Made by a program: the position numbers and the translations under genes. Source: Schmidtea polychroa (taxonomy: Eukaryota). Taken from it: DNA of 64,000 nt. Positions within the stretch are counted from its first letter, which is position 1. Each line of letters opens with the position of its first letter. This document shows positions 31,712-43,245 of this stretch, one piece after another. The stretch spans positions 18,600,001 through 18,664,000 of the forward strand of contig CM097887.1 of NCBI GenBank assembly GCA_044892525.1. The letters are read 5' to 3'. Below the pieces are notes generated by a model. The model did no database searches, was not told the DNA's origin, and saw only the letters and a list, made by a program, of their open reading frames with translations.

Positions 31712-33139
31712 TTTACTCTAGTCTGTAAATTCTAATAATGNNNNNNNNNNNNNNNNNNNNNNNNNNNNNNNNNNNNNNNNNNNNNNNNNNNNNNNNNNNN
31801 NNNNNNNNNNNNNNNNNNNNNNNNNNNNNNNNNNNNNNNNNNNNNNNNNNNNNNNNNNNNNNNNNNNNNNNNNNNNNNNNNNNNNNNNNNNNNNNNNNNN
31901 NNNNNNNNNNNNNNNNNNNNNNNNNNNNNNNNNNNNNNNTTAATAAAAATCAACTATAAACCATATACATAAATATATAAATCTTTCAATCTTCCATTTT
32001 TAAATATTATTCAATATTTTATCCTCGTGTGATATATTGAATGACAATCATAATTGTGGCCCTAAAGAGGGCCGATTGTTCGTTCTCAATATTCTTTAAA
32101 CAACATTCATATAACTATAAATCTTCAATTTTTTATTCTCATGTGATATATTGAATGTCAATCATTACTGTGGCCCCTCCCCTAAAAATGAAAAGTCTAA
32201 AAGTACATTTTCAAGGTAATTGGATGACTCATCAAGGTCATTAGAACACAGACAATGACTCGTTCAAGGTCATTGGAAGACTCACCAAGGCCATTAGAAC
32301 AAAGACCATTTTTTAAGGCCAAGGTAATATTTTTAAGCTCAAGGTCAAAATGTTACTAAAAATAGATGTCTTTGTTACTTAAAATATAACGACCTTAATG
32401 GCTCAGCGGGTGTCGTGGTCTTTGTCTAAATGACTTTGATAATTGAAACTTGATGATAATAATCATAATAATATTATTGATAATAATTTTTGAAATATCT
32501 GATGAGTCATATGTACTTTATTGATGAGTCATGGATCAGAGATCGGATCAAAAATGTTACTAAAAATAGATGTCTTTGTTACTAAAAATAGAACGACCTT
32601 GGCGAGTCATTGGATCAATGATAGGATTTAAATGTTACTAAAATAGAACGACCTTGGCGAGTCATCGGATCAATGATAGGATCTAAAATGTTACTAAAAA
32701 TAGATTCAAAATGTTACTAAAAATAGATGTCTTTGTTACTAAAATAGAACGACCTTGGCGAGTCATTGGATCAATGATCGGATCAAAAATGTTACTAAAA
32801 ATAGATTCAAAATGTTACTAAAAATAAATGTTTTTGTTACTAAAAATAGAACGACCTTGATGATTTAGCGGATGAGTCCTGGTCTTTTTAAATGACCTTG
32901 ATAATTAAAACTTGATGATAATAATCATAATAATAATATTAATAATAAATGTTGAAAATATCTTCGAAAATAATAATAATTAATAATAATACTATTGATA
33001 ATAATAAATAATATTGAAATTAATAATAAATAATAATACTATTGATAGTAATAAATCCCATGGGCGCGTCATTGTCTTTGTTCTGAAAATGATGAAGCAT
33101 TGTCTTGTTCAAAAAATAAATGAGTCATCGATGAGTACT

Positions 33140-33600
33140 TTTGTATTGCCGTTTGTTTGATATGTATATTATAAGGTTTGAAAAATTTAAACCTTGGATC
33201 TTTGACCTTCCAACTTCGACCATCATACTCATTTTTGAATTACCTTTTGTTTGATATGTATACTATAAGGTTTTAAAAAATTTGAACCTTGGTTCCTTTC
33301 GAAGGTATGACCTTTGAGGGTATGACCATCATACTCACCTTTGTATTACCTTTTATTTGACATGTATATATCTATATGTATAATTTTTAAAAGTTTTGGA
33401 CCCTTTGAAGGTTTGAAGGTTCAGGACCATTCATAAACCTTTGAAAGTATGACCATGATACTTACATCTCAAATACCTTTTGTTTGATATGTATATTATA
33501 AGGTTTTAAAATTTTTGAACCTTCGACCCTTAGACCTTCGAACTCACAATCAAAAGTCCTTTTGAATGATATATATATTATATGGTTTGAAAAATATTTT
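33140..33600. repeat. About four imperfect ~110-130 bp tandem units (ACCATCATACTCA..TTACCTTTTGTTTGATATGTATA..ATAAGGTTT)
   Basis: Directly visible. Confidence 0.75.
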
Positions 33601-35326
33601 AATTTTGTACATTCTTTGAAGGTTATATATTTTTAGAAGGACACACCATTTTATTGTATAATAAAATTATTATTAATAATTAATTTTATTATTATTCACA
33701 TTATAATGACATGTCACGTGTAAATTAAACAAAGACACAAAGATGTGAGTAACAAAAACATTATTTATTACAATGTGAGTAATCGATGACTCATCAAAGT
33801 ATAGAGTATGTCTGCGTATCCTATCAGCATTCTGATTGGATAGACGTTGCATATACGTTATGCTTTTTCATTTTTTCAAAATGCTCGTGGTTAGATAAGT
33901 AAATTTTAATTATTAATTTTTTAGGAATTATGAAATCAATTTATGAAATTTTGTTATGACGAATATGAATATATGTTTTTATGAAGAAAATTATGACACC
34001 TATATCATAAATGGTAATGTTTTTTATGAAATTATTATGTAATTACTTTGAAAATAATATTTTGAAATAATATTAATTTGATAATAATTAATAATAACAT
34101 CTTTGTCCTAGCGGAGTCCTGTCTTTATGAGTCATTGTCTTTGTTCTAAAAGATAGACGAGTCTTGTGATGAGTCTTTGTTTTAAAAATGAATGATTTGT
34201 CTTTGTTCTAAAAAGGATGAGTCATACACAGGAGGGAAGCGCAGAAAAAAGAAAGAAAAAAAGTGCCCCCCATTTAAAAATGAGTCTTTGTTTAAATATT
34301 TTTTAAATGTCTTTGTTTAAAGAATGATGAGTCATATTTACTTTAATGACCTTGATGAGTCATCGACCTTTTTACTAAAAATAGAATGACCTTGACCTCG
34401 TTACTAAAAATAGAATTATCTTGATGAGTCACGTGACCTTGACCTGGTTACCACGGTTGCTATATGTGAGTCTTACGTCTTTGTTTAGCGATGAGTCTCG
34501 CGGGAGGTATATGATGAGTCATGGAGCACACTTCATACTACTCTCAATAATGAGTAGTATGATGTGAGCACTCCAGGACAATTACAAGTTCATGGTCATG
34601 AAATAGGTCTAGATTAAATATAGGTCAATTGAATCATTTTATTTTTTAAATTTTATTTAATTATTTCTTTTTAATTTTATTAATTAATTATTTTATTATG
34701 TTTTTATTTTAATTACTTAGTTTAGTTAATTTTTAATTTATCACATTTATTTAAATAATTATTTTATTAATATTTTATTTTAATTACTTACGTTATTTAA
34801 TTAATTTTTTTGGTCTATATCTTCATAAATTTTAATTATTATTAATATTATTATAATATTTATTAATATTTGATTGTTAATATTATTTTTTTTTTACTTT
34901 TTCAATAAATTTTTAATTATTTATTTTATTTTAAATTTTTTTATTATTATTTTACATTTACATTTAATATATTCTAACAATAGCGTAAATTGTAACAATA
35001 ATATTTCAATTTGAATAAAATTTTAATTAGTAACTATTTGAATTATTATAAAATAAAGTTGTGTTAATTTTAAATAAAATGGGCATTAATTTTTCTTAGA
35101 AAAAAAACAAAACAAAGTTTTTCATGAAAAATAATAATTCTTACTTAAAACTAATTATCTAAGATAATTAGACAAATGAATTATTAAATAAATACATGGC
35201 AATGATTTAATTATAAGATAACGCCAATCAAACATTCTTTTCACGATTAATTTCGACAGTTTTCCTGTCATCATTAGGTGGGATATAATAACTCATTAAA
35301 TTAAGGATTTTAAACAAATTTAATTA

Positions 35327-36690
35327 TATTTAAAAAATTTTTTTTCATTTTATAAAAAAATATATTATTTTTTTTAAATTTTAACATTTAAAATTTAATT
35401 TAATAATTTAAAAAATATTTATTAATTATTTAATTTAACACAACAATCAATACATACAATACACAAATATCAACAAATAGATAGTATCAACAAATAGATG
35501 GAGTTGCTATGGGTTCTCCTTTTGCACCAACGATGGCTTCAATTTTTTTAACAAGCTTAGAAAAGAAAATTGCATTTTTCCAAGGTATGAAACCCACTGT
35601 TTATAAACGGTATGTGGATGATATTTTTCTTATATTTGAAAATCATAGGCATATTGACCCGTTTTTGCATTATATGAATAGTCTACATAAAAATCATCTC
35701 TTGCTGTCTTGGATCTGTTAATACAACGCAAAGAGAAACACTATGAGACACAGATTTATAGAAAAACAACTGATACTGGTCTCTATACTTCTTCCGAAAG
35801 TTTTTGTGAATTCAAGTATAAAAGAAATATGGTGAAGGGGTTGATTTATCGTGCATGGTCTTTCTCTTCTACTTTTAAAAATTCAGTATGTGTTGACATA
35901 TTGGTTGAATTGTTAATGAAGAACGGTTATTCAAAATCCTTTTTAGTAATTGTGGTGAAAGAGACTGTTGACAAATTTATTATAAATTCTAAGGATCCAT
36001 GTTTGAGAAGATCTGGGTGTGATCTTGTTGAGATGTTTGAGTCTGATGAGTGAAATAAAATAAATAGTGTGAGCAAAGATGATGAGCCTAAATTTGTGTT
36101 AGTATTGCCGTACTCAGAAGGTTTTAAGGATTATAAAGTGAAGATAAGAAAGCAGTTAGGGAATTGAAACTATAGGATAGTGTCAACTTCATGGAAAGTA
36201 CGCAATATGTTTATTAATAAGTCAAAAACTCCGGTCGAATTGTGTTCCGATCTCGTTTATCAGTTTACATGTAATGGGTGTAATGCCACATACATTGGAG
36301 AGACTTCCCGTCATCTATGTATTCGAGCTCGAGAACATTGTAGACCGAAGGCTTTGACCCATATTGGTGAGCACAATAAAGGCTGTAAGATTAAAATAGG
36401 TATGTCTGATTTTAAAATTTTATTAAAAAATTTCGATAATTATTGGGAACGTGTGATTTGTGAGGCGTTGTTGATAAAATCATTGAATCCGAAAATTAAT
36501 GTTCAGAATGCAGTAAATACTTGTGTGTTGAGTGTTTTTAAATAAGCTTTTGTGTATTGTATGTATTGATTGTTGTGTTAAATTAAATAATTAATAAATA
36601 TTTTTTAAATTATTAAATTAAATTTTAAATGTTAAAATTTTAAAAAAATAATATATTTTTTTATAAAATGAAAATAAATTTTTTATATAT
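35327..36690 (+). mobile_element. Penelope-like element, 5' truncated, with inverted copy of its 3' end (inverted pseudo-LTR)
   Basis: YQQIDGVAMGSP, YKRYVDDIF (RT); VYQFTC..YIGETSR..RAREH (GIY-YIG). About 140-bp inverted repeat at 35327-35467 and 36548-36690. Confidence 0.9.
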
Positions 36691-38449
36691 AAATATAAAA
36701 GCAAATTTTATAGTTGGTTTTTTAAATTCAAAGTTATTTTGTATATAAAATAATTTTATAACTCTATTTTAGAACACAATTTCAAAATTATTTATTCAAT
36801 ATTATTTGTGATAAAATTTTAGTGGCTTTTATGAAAATTCTTTCGTTTCTATCCAGAGAATTACAGTTTATTTTTTGCAAAACTTTATCTCAGTCATTAA
36901 TGGGTAGTTTAACTTTAAATTACATTAATTTAATTTATTTATTTAGAAGTTATTACTTTAATTTACTTATTTAACTTTTATTTAAAATTTTGAACCTATA
37001 ATTTACTTAATTATTCTTAACTTATTTATTTATACTTTTCATATTTAACCAATAATTCCATGTAGTGAATGATTAATTCACAAAGATTTGCATCTAAAAT
37101 TAACATTGAAAAATATTTCATAAAAATTTTCATTTAAATTTGCCTTTGAAAATTATTCCATTAAAATCTTCATTAAAAATTAACTAAAAAAAATTTCTAT
37201 TAAAATTTTCATTAAAAATTGCGTTTCTCAAAAAATTTGGTGGTTATTCAATCTTTTAATAATAAATTTAAAAAATATTACTTTAATTTACTTATTTAAC
37301 TATAATTTAAATTTTTTGACCATTGATTACTTAATTTTAAATATTAGCCATTAATTTACTTATTTATCTTAATTAACTTAGCCATAATTTACTTTAATTC
37401 AATTTTTAGAATCTTGATTTACTTTAATTCCAAATTTTAGACCAAAATTTACAATAATTTTAAAATTTGGACTATAATTTACTGTAATTAACTTACCTTG
37501 CTTTTTTAGTGAAGACCCACTTTTTCTATTGAAAATCCCAGGACCAAGGAGACCCCCTCACTATAGTCAGAAAATTCTTGGCATTTTTTCTAGAGGCCCT
37601 TTCTATTTGTATTGAAAAAAATATGAAAAAAATAATCAAAAAAGCAGAAAAAAATTACTGCAGCAGACCCCCTCTTCCCGGCGGACCCTTTGCTGCAGTG
37701 CGCTACTAACTACCTACTTATGTTAAATGTTTTTTATCAGTAGTACATAATCGTAGATTCATTCTTCTCTTCAAGTTCTCCACAGTTTTTCGATACAAAC
37801 TATTATTTTACTTGTAATAGTTTTTATCTAACGTGTTTGTACTTTCGGCTCTTAACCCTGTATTGGTGTCCAGATATATTTTTAAAAATAGGAGTTTGTT
37901 TAAACTCTACAGTTTTATTTACATGTGTGACTTTAAGACTTAGAGCCAAGTATAACTTCAATAATCTCTAATGAATCACATAATTCATTTTTGGGTTATA
38001 TGTTAATAACAATTTTTCTACCTTTGACCCAAATGGTTTCTTTTTTTCAGCTGCAACAGGTAAATCGTCCAACTTATCATGAAGCTCAGAAGGAATCACA
38101 AGATCTACTTCAAGACAAAGATTCGAGATTTAAATTTAAACATTCAGCCAGTATAAAATCAAATCCATCCCAACTAAATTCACAACAAGACAATGGTTGA
38201 TTTAAAGCCCAACCGTAAAGATTATTGATGCAAATATAAAGCAAATCTGTGTTTTCATCAGTTTTGACAAAATGTTTATTTACAAAAATAAGACCTCTAA
38301 TTCAACACTCAAAAAAACTAAACTTTTCGTTTTTAGTAATCAATGCTATTGGCTCATCTAACGACATTAAAGAATACCAAGACATGTCAGGAATTCCAAA
38401 ATAATTCAATAGTTCTAACCTATTGTGAACTATAAATTTCAATCGGAAT

Positions 38450-39790
38450 TTTTGAAAGAAATCAACAAACAGAAAACAATCGAAGTTTTAAGTATATAAT
38501 CATATTGTCAAGTAAATTTATACATTTAGTTTCAATCCAAATCTCCTGAGCTTTTTCAAAGTCGTCTTCAGTGACACCATCTTAGCTTGGTGGTAACTCG
38601 TAAGTAATTTCAAGAACATCTAATGAAGTGACAAAGTTGTTAGGAAAGAGACCTTTTTCTGAAACAATAGTACTAGTAAAAACAGAGTTGGTCAAAGGTA
38701 AAGTATTCAAAGTTTTCACAACTTTTGCCAAAGAATTATTGACAAAGTGATAAGAATCAATGAATCTTAAACAAATTTTTACCTAAATGACCTATCAACG
38801 AAATAAATTTTTCTAATGTAATAGGAATACAACCTAAACACCAATTTTTAAATTTATTTAAACCATATTTAAGGATGTGGTGCATGTCATATCCCTTCAA
38901 GTTGTGGAATACAATAGACAAACTTTTATTAATTTTTCTATTTACATTGCATATACTACAAGAAGCACCCAAATATTTCGAAATAAAATGATCATGATCT
39001 CTAACATACAAAGATAACAAAGAATGCTGTTATTAAATTCACTTTGTTCTATTTCAGTTAACATATTAATTGTTTTTATACCCATTTTATAATAATAAGG
39101 GAGGACTCTAAGTACCGCTATATTTTCTACAGCTTCTATACAATCTAAACCTATAAATTGCTCGTTCGATTTTGAACCATCAAAATATTTTATTAATAAT
39201 ATCCTGTGGAAAGAGGCAAATGAATTTGATGGTTTACATTAATTTTAGGTAAAATAGATTCGAAATCTGCCTATATAACAAATGGTTGAGTAACAGTTTT
39301 GGACTAATCTGTAAATTTTATGAGATTATTTTCAGGGAAGGTGTAAAGAGTTGTTCCTAGTTTATTCCTTTTAAATAAAATTTTATGTTTTTTCAACGCG
39401 ATTTTATTTCAAAATTTATTTAAGCATCGTTCATACCTTAATGATCTAATTCTATTATTACAACTAATGTTTTCATGGTAGTTCATTAACCTATTTAAAT
39501 TGTATTGACATAATTGTATTGATGACCTTTTTTCATCAATAACAATTTTATAATTTTTCCATCGTTTATTTTTGACCTATGTATAATATCCAAATGTGGA
39601 TGTTTCAAAACATATTCGTTTTCGGTTATCTGGTTTGTTTATAACTAAATTCATTTATTATTAACTCTGGATTCTTAACTTCAAATTTTTTAATACAATT
39701 TAATTTCATTGGCATTTCGATAATATCGTAATTTAATTCTCTTAAAAAGTTAGTATAACTACTACATCTAATACTTAAACCATTAACAAC
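38450..39790 (-). pseudogene. polB: Polinton PolB fragment; target of the large Gypsy insertion
   Basis: PFVIYADFESILPK (~39190-39290), DHDHF..CSICN..VFHNLKGYD, FIDSYHF..KGLFP. Confidence 0.85.
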
Positions 39791-40858
39791 TGTTGGGGTT
39801 CAGTAGGAACCGGAATTAAAGGTTTTGAAATTAAATAATAATTAATTACTAAAATTAGAATTATAATATAAATAGTATTTAAAAATTAGTAAAATTGGAA
39901 CTAAAATATAAATAGTAATAAATAATTACTAAAAATAGAATTGTAGAAATTATTTAAAAATATATAATAAAAATAGTAATTAAATAATTACTATTAATAG
40001 ATCTAAAATAAATAAATTTATATAAATACTAGATGAAAAATTAGATGAGGGACGAATTAGAGACAAGTAGACCAGAAAGAAATATAGCCGCAGTAGTTAA
40101 ATTTAGAAAAGAAGCAATTGATTTGATTTGAAACCAATTAGCGTCAGTTGACATTTATATTGCAGTCTAATTAGGAATTCAACAGTAGACAGAATTTCAT
40201 CCTAAATATTAATCGATCGAAAAATTAATTTTTGCAATTCTGATTTTGGAATATTCTTTATTCATAATTACAATATTCTCTGGAGATATTTAAATCGAAG
40301 AAAGAAAATTATTAGAAGTTAATTCAACAACCAGTCTGTGGTTTTAGCTATTTTCCGGAAGAAATTTAAATAAGCAGGGAATTATATTAGTTAGTATTTG
40401 TTATTCTTATCTAAATAATTATAAATATAAATAGCTATATAGAAATTATTTTATTAATTAAAAGTTAAACTAGGGAAAACAGTAACGTCAGCACGTAATT
40501 TTTGTGTTGTTTCGTTGCTATTATTGCTTGAAAAAGGGTTAACCAATTTCTGGGTTGACTCCATCGCGTAAAATTTGGTAAACTTTCCTATCTCTTTTCC
40601 GTTCACTTATATCGGGCTGTTGGCGCATTTAGGGCCAGCCTTGATCCTTAGTAATACTCTTTAGGGCGGTTTGTATAACCGTTTTCTGTACTTTTAGAAA
40701 GCAGCGTGTTTTATATAAACAATCGTGTAACTAACTTTTATTGTTAATAAATATTTAAAACATATTTCTTATTTACTTACCTACGCGCATTATAAATTAT
40801 TTGGAGTCAGATTAAACGTTTTTGTGTTAGTTCGAATACATACCCATCGAACCTAACA
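39791..40858 (+). repeat. 5' LTR (1068 bp)
   Basis: TGTTGGGG...CCTAACA; matches the 3' LTR except for 4 substitutions seen and an 80-bp extra segment (39851-39930). Confidence 0.98.
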
Positions 40859-40861
40859 TTT

Positions 40862-40879
40862 TGGTGAGCCCGACGTGAT
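40862..40879 (+). promoter_or_regulatory. Primer-binding site, tRNA-Trp type
   Basis: TGGTGAGCCCGACGTGAT 3 nt after the LTR; one mismatch to the classical tRNA-Trp PBS TGGTGACCCCGACGTGAT. Confidence 0.9.
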
Positions 40880-40957
40880 AAAATTATCAGCGGGTAGAAA
40901 TTGAAATAAAACAAAATAGCGTTAGGAACTAGAGCCAGAGTAAAACTGGATAATCAA

Positions 40958-42199
40958 ATGGCAGAGGAAGCTAATGTAAATGCATTTGCCAGATATTCCA
41001 CTCTGCCCGTAAAGGCATTCAGCGGTGATCCGGGAGAATTCCCAGAGTTTATGTCCGAATATTATCAGATGGCCAAAGCATATGCTTATCCAGATAATAT
41101 CATGATACAAAGGCTACCTATATATTTGAAGGGGCTGGCAAGAGAAAAATATAATGACATTATGGCATTACCAGTTGCTCAAGCACCGAAAACATGGGCC
41201 GAAATGAGAGAAGCAATGACTGCTCGAATATTGCCCGGAGATGCGGGAAGAATATTTAGACAACAATTTTATCATCGAAAACAGAATGCCAATGAACATG
41301 TGGGGGAATTTGCACACCAGCTATCATTAATTGCTGAAAGAGCATTTGGTCCAAAAACCACATGGGCAAAGCCGACAGAATTGTTAGTTAAGGATCAGCT
41401 ATGGGCAGGACTTACGCATACAATGAGGAACGCTCTGATATTACATACTAGTGATGATTTCGACGAATTGACACGGAAATCTGTCGTAATTGAAAGCAGC
41501 TTGGAAAAGTCAACCATGTTCCTTGTAAACAGTGAGAGAACACCGGTAGAGTGTTTCAATTGCCATAGAAAAGGGCATATAGCGAAAGATTGTACCAGCA
41601 GGAAAATTATGGACAATCGCAAAAGTATACAATGTACCAAATGTGGGCGGAATAACCACGGTGCGGAAAATTGTAGAGTGCAGAATTTGCAATGTGAAAA
41701 ATGTAAACGAAAGGGACATGTTGCTGCGGTCTGCAAGACTAGAAGTCCTCAGAACAGCAATAATTTTAGTACAATTAAAAGAGATGATGTAAATTCATCA
41801 GGAAAGATAAAATGTCACGGATGTGGGAAATTCGGACATATGATGAGGTCATGCCCTCAGAACCAGAGTGGAAACACGAGTGAGTTCAATAAAAATACCG
41901 ATAAGGGTAATGTGAACAAGCCTAAGACAACTTTTATGGTTAACCAGGATCAAGGATTAACTTATCTGCAACAACTGGAAATGGAAATCCAGGAGGAAAA
42001 GAATAGGTTGGCTAGATTGACCGACCAAGAAGGCACCATCTTCATGGTAGAAGTTGGAAGAGATATATTTCTCAGAAAAAAGGACTCCGTTAGAGAGGAC
42101 CTTCAGGAAACAGAATCAGAGGAGAGTTCCGATGATGAACCTAGTATGGCAACCATACTAAGCGAGTTCGATAGAACCTTCCAGGGAAAGCAAAGGTAA
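40958..42199 (+). CDS. gag: Gag, intact, 413 aa, capsid-like domain plus four CCHC zinc knuckles
   Basis: LPIYLKGLAREKY..TWAEM..FYHRKQNANEHVGEF; CFNCHRKGHIAKDC, CTKCGRNNHGAENC, CEKCKRKGHVAAVC, CHGCGKFGHMMRSC. Confidence 0.95.
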   Translation: MAEEANVNAFARYSTLPVKAFSGDPGEFPEFMSEYYQMAKAYAYPDNIMIQRLPIYLKGLAREKYNDIMALPVAQAPKTWAEMREAMTARILPGDAGRIFRQQFYHRKQNANEHVGEFAHQLSLIAERAFGPKTTWAKPTELLVKDQLWAGLTHTMRNALILHTSDDFDELTRKSVVIESSLEKSTMFLVNSERTPVECFNCHRKGHIAKDCTSRKIMDNRKSIQCTKCGRNNHGAENCRVQNLQCEKCKRKGHVAAVCKTRSPQNSNNFSTIKRDDVNSSGKIKCHGCGKFGHMMRSCPQNQSGNTSEFNKNTDKGNVNKPKTTFMVNQDQGLTYLQQLEMEIQEEKNRLARLTDQEGTIFMVEVGRDIFLRKKDSVREDLQETESEESSDDEPSMATILSEFDRTFQGKQR

Positions 42200-42663
42200 A
42201 AGAAGGGTCAGATACCCTAACAAAATGTTTAAAACTGGTGGATTCCAGATATGAGTACCAGCAGAAGCTGGCCAGACAATTGGGAAAATTGGAAGAAACA
42301 GAAATTAAAATTCACGAAATCGATACAGTTGTAAAACTGATATCGCAGGTCGAAGATGATCCAAAGTATCATAACGACACGTACAAAATCCTAAGGAAAT
42401 TGGGAAAACTCATGGAACATGAATGGGATCTCCAAGATGCCCAACTTAATATAAAACTCCCACAGGATAAAGAGTATAATCTCGATATAAATGTAAGAAG
42501 TCGAGCCGATAAATTAACGGAAACATTGACAAGTATTAAGCATCAAGGATATGACTTATACTTATGTGGAACAAAACTAGAAGCAAATCAAACACTTCTA
42601 CAGAACGGGATACTCCCAGGTAGAGTGACGAAGCTCACAGCAAAGAGAGCACAGAGAATTTAA
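42175..42663 (+). CDS. Accessory ORF2: helical region plus C-terminal ubiquitin-like domain; overlaps the gag end in the -1 frame
   Basis: Frame opens at ~42175. YDLYLCGTKLEANQTLLQNGI resembles the ubiquitin [20 protein letters not shown] pattern. Confidence 0.6.
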   Translation, partial: NLPGKAKVKEGSDTLTKCLKLVDSRYEYQQKLARQLGKLEETEIKIHEIDTVVKLISQVEDDPKYHNDTYKILRKLGKLMEHEWDLQDAQLNIKLPQDKEYNLDINVRSRADKLTETLTSIKHQGYDLYLCGTKLEANQTLLQNGILPGRVTKLTAKRAQRI

Positions 42664-42664
42664 A

Positions 42665-43245
42665 ATGTCAGAAAAAATTCAATATAACATTCATAGCACC
42701 GGGCAGATATCGAATCTGCCAGGGGATTGCAATCTTAGATCGTGGCCGGAAAAAATAATTTTTAATATATCTAAAGTAAAATATTTTTTCTCTAGAAACG
42801 ATTCCCCATCCGGTCTCATAATACAAGATTGGACCTGCATCTGGAGCCTCCTGAAGAACCCTGAATCTGCCAATGCTTCATACATTGGAAAAGCAATCCG
42901 GGGAGATAGGTCGCTCTACCTACAAGGATAGGAGAGCACTAGCCCTGCTGGAGAAGATTGACCAACTATGCCTCATAAAGCTTTCTCACATTGACCTTGA
43001 ATTAATATATAATATATTTAATAGAGTCGGAGCCAAAATTACCGATGAAGCCGGGAAAAGCTGGGGCAGAATGATGCGTCTATATGGAACGAAACAATCC
43101 GAGAAGACCAGATACATCTCCAGCGTTCTTCTTGGAGTGAACGGCCACAATCAGGAGGGAGATGGCATGGCCCTAAGACTGCTCACCTCGATGGCCAGGA
43201 GAACAGAGGAGAACCTCCATATAGACAGGGGAGATTATTTGGATT
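42665..43245 (+). pseudogene. Accessory ORF3 (frameshift ~42915), possible Bcl-2-like BH1 segment
   Basis: Starts 1 nt after the ORF2 stop; IFNRVGAKITDEAGKSWGRMMRLYG. Composition changes abruptly at ~43245. Confidence 0.4.

Larger units (their letters stand above)
30471..34542. mobile_element. Non-autonomous Polinton-like element: ~700-bp degenerate inverted repeats around PolB remnants
   Basis: 30471-31170 and 33780-34542 are diverged inverted copies (e.g. ctaaacaaagac..tagcaaccgcggtaacc.ggtcaagg). The right end reads AGTAGTATGA on the minus strand. Internal PolB pieces at 31245-31711. Confidence 0.7.

Noticed and set aside
36043-36056. CTGATGAGTGAAA as a hammerhead ribozyme core in the Penelope-like element
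   Set aside because: No stem II or flanking stem I/III pairing; it lies within the coding linker.
37540-37710. GC-rich patch with CTGCAGCA..TGCTGCAG as a MITE end
   Set aside because: No partner terminus or TSD found.
40862-40879. tRNA gene
   Set aside because: Only the 18-nt complement of a tRNA 3' end; no cloverleaf.
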